64,000 bases of DNA from Mobula hypostoma. Taxonomy: Eukaryota. Each line of letters starts with the position of its first letter. Within the stretch, counting starts at the first letter, position 1. Shown piece by piece: positions 62,941 through 64,000 of this stretch. The stretch spans positions 25,856,001 through 25,920,000 of the forward strand of contig NC_086097.1 of assembly GCF_963921235.1 (NCBI RefSeq), in the 5' to 3' direction. A program made the position numbers and the translations under genes. The notes beneath the pieces were generated by a model, which saw only the letters and a list, made by a program, of their open reading frames with translations, was not told the origin of the DNA and made no database searches.

Positions 62941-63245
62941 GCAACAATTGAATTATTGGCAGAAGTGTTTAGGCAGGGTGACTGCAGGGGGGATTGAGGA
63001 GAACCACAAAACATAGATAAGTTTTTATCACAGAAACCTTACACAAATTGGTGGAGCTATGAACAATTTACGATTGATGCAGAAACACCTTGATACTACA
63101 GAGAAACCTGGAAGTATGATATAGGAACTTTCACCTTGTCATTCTCTGGAATGTTCAAGACTCACAACACTTATAAGGAATAAATCTGAAATTAGAGCCA
63201 AGCATGTTGACCACAGTTAAGCTCTGATATTCTTTAGGTTCTCAC

Positions 63246-63335
63246 CTTATCATACTGGCACACTACGACATTTTCTGTGTCAAACAGTTCTTGGCCTTCT
63301 TCATCACTAACATCATCTTCACTGTTCAGTGGCTC
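63246..63335 (-). CDS. GTF2A1: GTF2A1 penultimate coding exon
   Basis: Minus strand ctag|GAG CCA...GAT AAG|gtgag; 90 nt, phase 0; EPLNSEDDVSDEEGQELFDTENVVVCQYDK. Confidence 0.96.
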
Positions 63336-63631
63336 CTAGGAGAGAATCAGAATAGACGATTAACCCACTTAAAATCAATTTCCACAAATCAATCAAGCCC
63401 AGTTAAATGGTGCAGTACACAAAGACACTCACAATATATGCCCTACAATCCTCAGAATCTTCCATTCCTCCTCTCTGCTCCCTCAAGCATTCCCTTTCCA
63501 ACCACCACTAATAACTGTGGTTTCAATTGCCACCGCCCTAGTCTGGAATTCCTATCTTGACCTCTCCGATGCCCAACGTTAACTGTTATATGGCTGATTA
63601 CACATATACAAAGCATCTTATTGAATTTCTA

Positions 63632-63790
63632 AACACAAGAGATTCTGCAGATGCTGGAAATCCAGAGTAACACAAAAAGTGCTGGAGAAACTCAGCAGGT
63701 CAGCAGCATCAATGAAAAGGAATAAAAAGCTGTGTTTTGGGCAGAGACCTTTAATCAGGACTGGAAAGGAAGGGTAGGAAGCCAAAATGA
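63632..63790 (-). mobile_element. Penelope-like-derived repeat end
   Basis: acacaagagattctgcagatgctggaaatccagagtaacacaaaaagtgctggagaaactcagcagg; degenerate core at 63727-63764. Confidence 0.65.
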
Positions 63791-64000
63791 TGATTTTCTT
63801 TTGTGTTCAAGATACTATTTAAAGCAGTTTGGTAAGTAATAACTGCAGTTTGATAATGGAACATCCGCTTTTCACATATCCATTACAACATTTTGACTCT
63901 GCACTATCTTGAAATAAAACAATAGTACTACTTCTGCAAAGAAAATTCCTGTCACAATACATGCCATCTATTTACTCGCAATATTGTACCAAAGATGTAG

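Noticed and set aside
56627..64000. Intronic H/ACA snoRNA (human GTF2A1 is recalled to host SNORA79)
   Set aside because: No convincing two-hairpin H/ACA structure could be located by eye; needs an Rfam cmsearch and may lie outside the window

Overview
Eukaryotic genomic DNA, most likely from a cartilaginous fish (shark/ray-type repeat content; the taxon is inferred). Two host genes converge tail-to-tail. On + are the last three coding exons of the thyrotropin receptor TSHR (10528-10605, 12956-13144, 27231-28602). On - are the last two coding exons of GTF2A1, TFIIA alpha/beta (63246-63335, 56519-56626), followed by a long repeat-free 3' UTR. Most of the rest is nested transposable elements: CR1 LINEs (one uninterrupted 724-aa RT ORF and one near-complete EN+RT ORF2), L1/Tx1 and Rex1/Babar fragments, tRNA-derived SINEs, hAT and Tc1 DNA-transposon derivatives, and Penelope-like remnants. 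Main observations: (1) a recurrent Penelope-derived repeat whose window-wide consensus is a minimal, dimer-type hammerhead ribozyme; (2) a ~460-bp inverted templated duplication downstream of TSHR; (3) a three-level CR1>hAT>hAT nest with clean 8-bp TSDs; (4) TSHR features: full-length C-peptide hinge with RRRR, C-terminal PDZ ligand, a polar TM2 substitution and a tandem splice acceptor. TE boundaries without TSDs are approximate. Family names come from motif recognition, not database searches.
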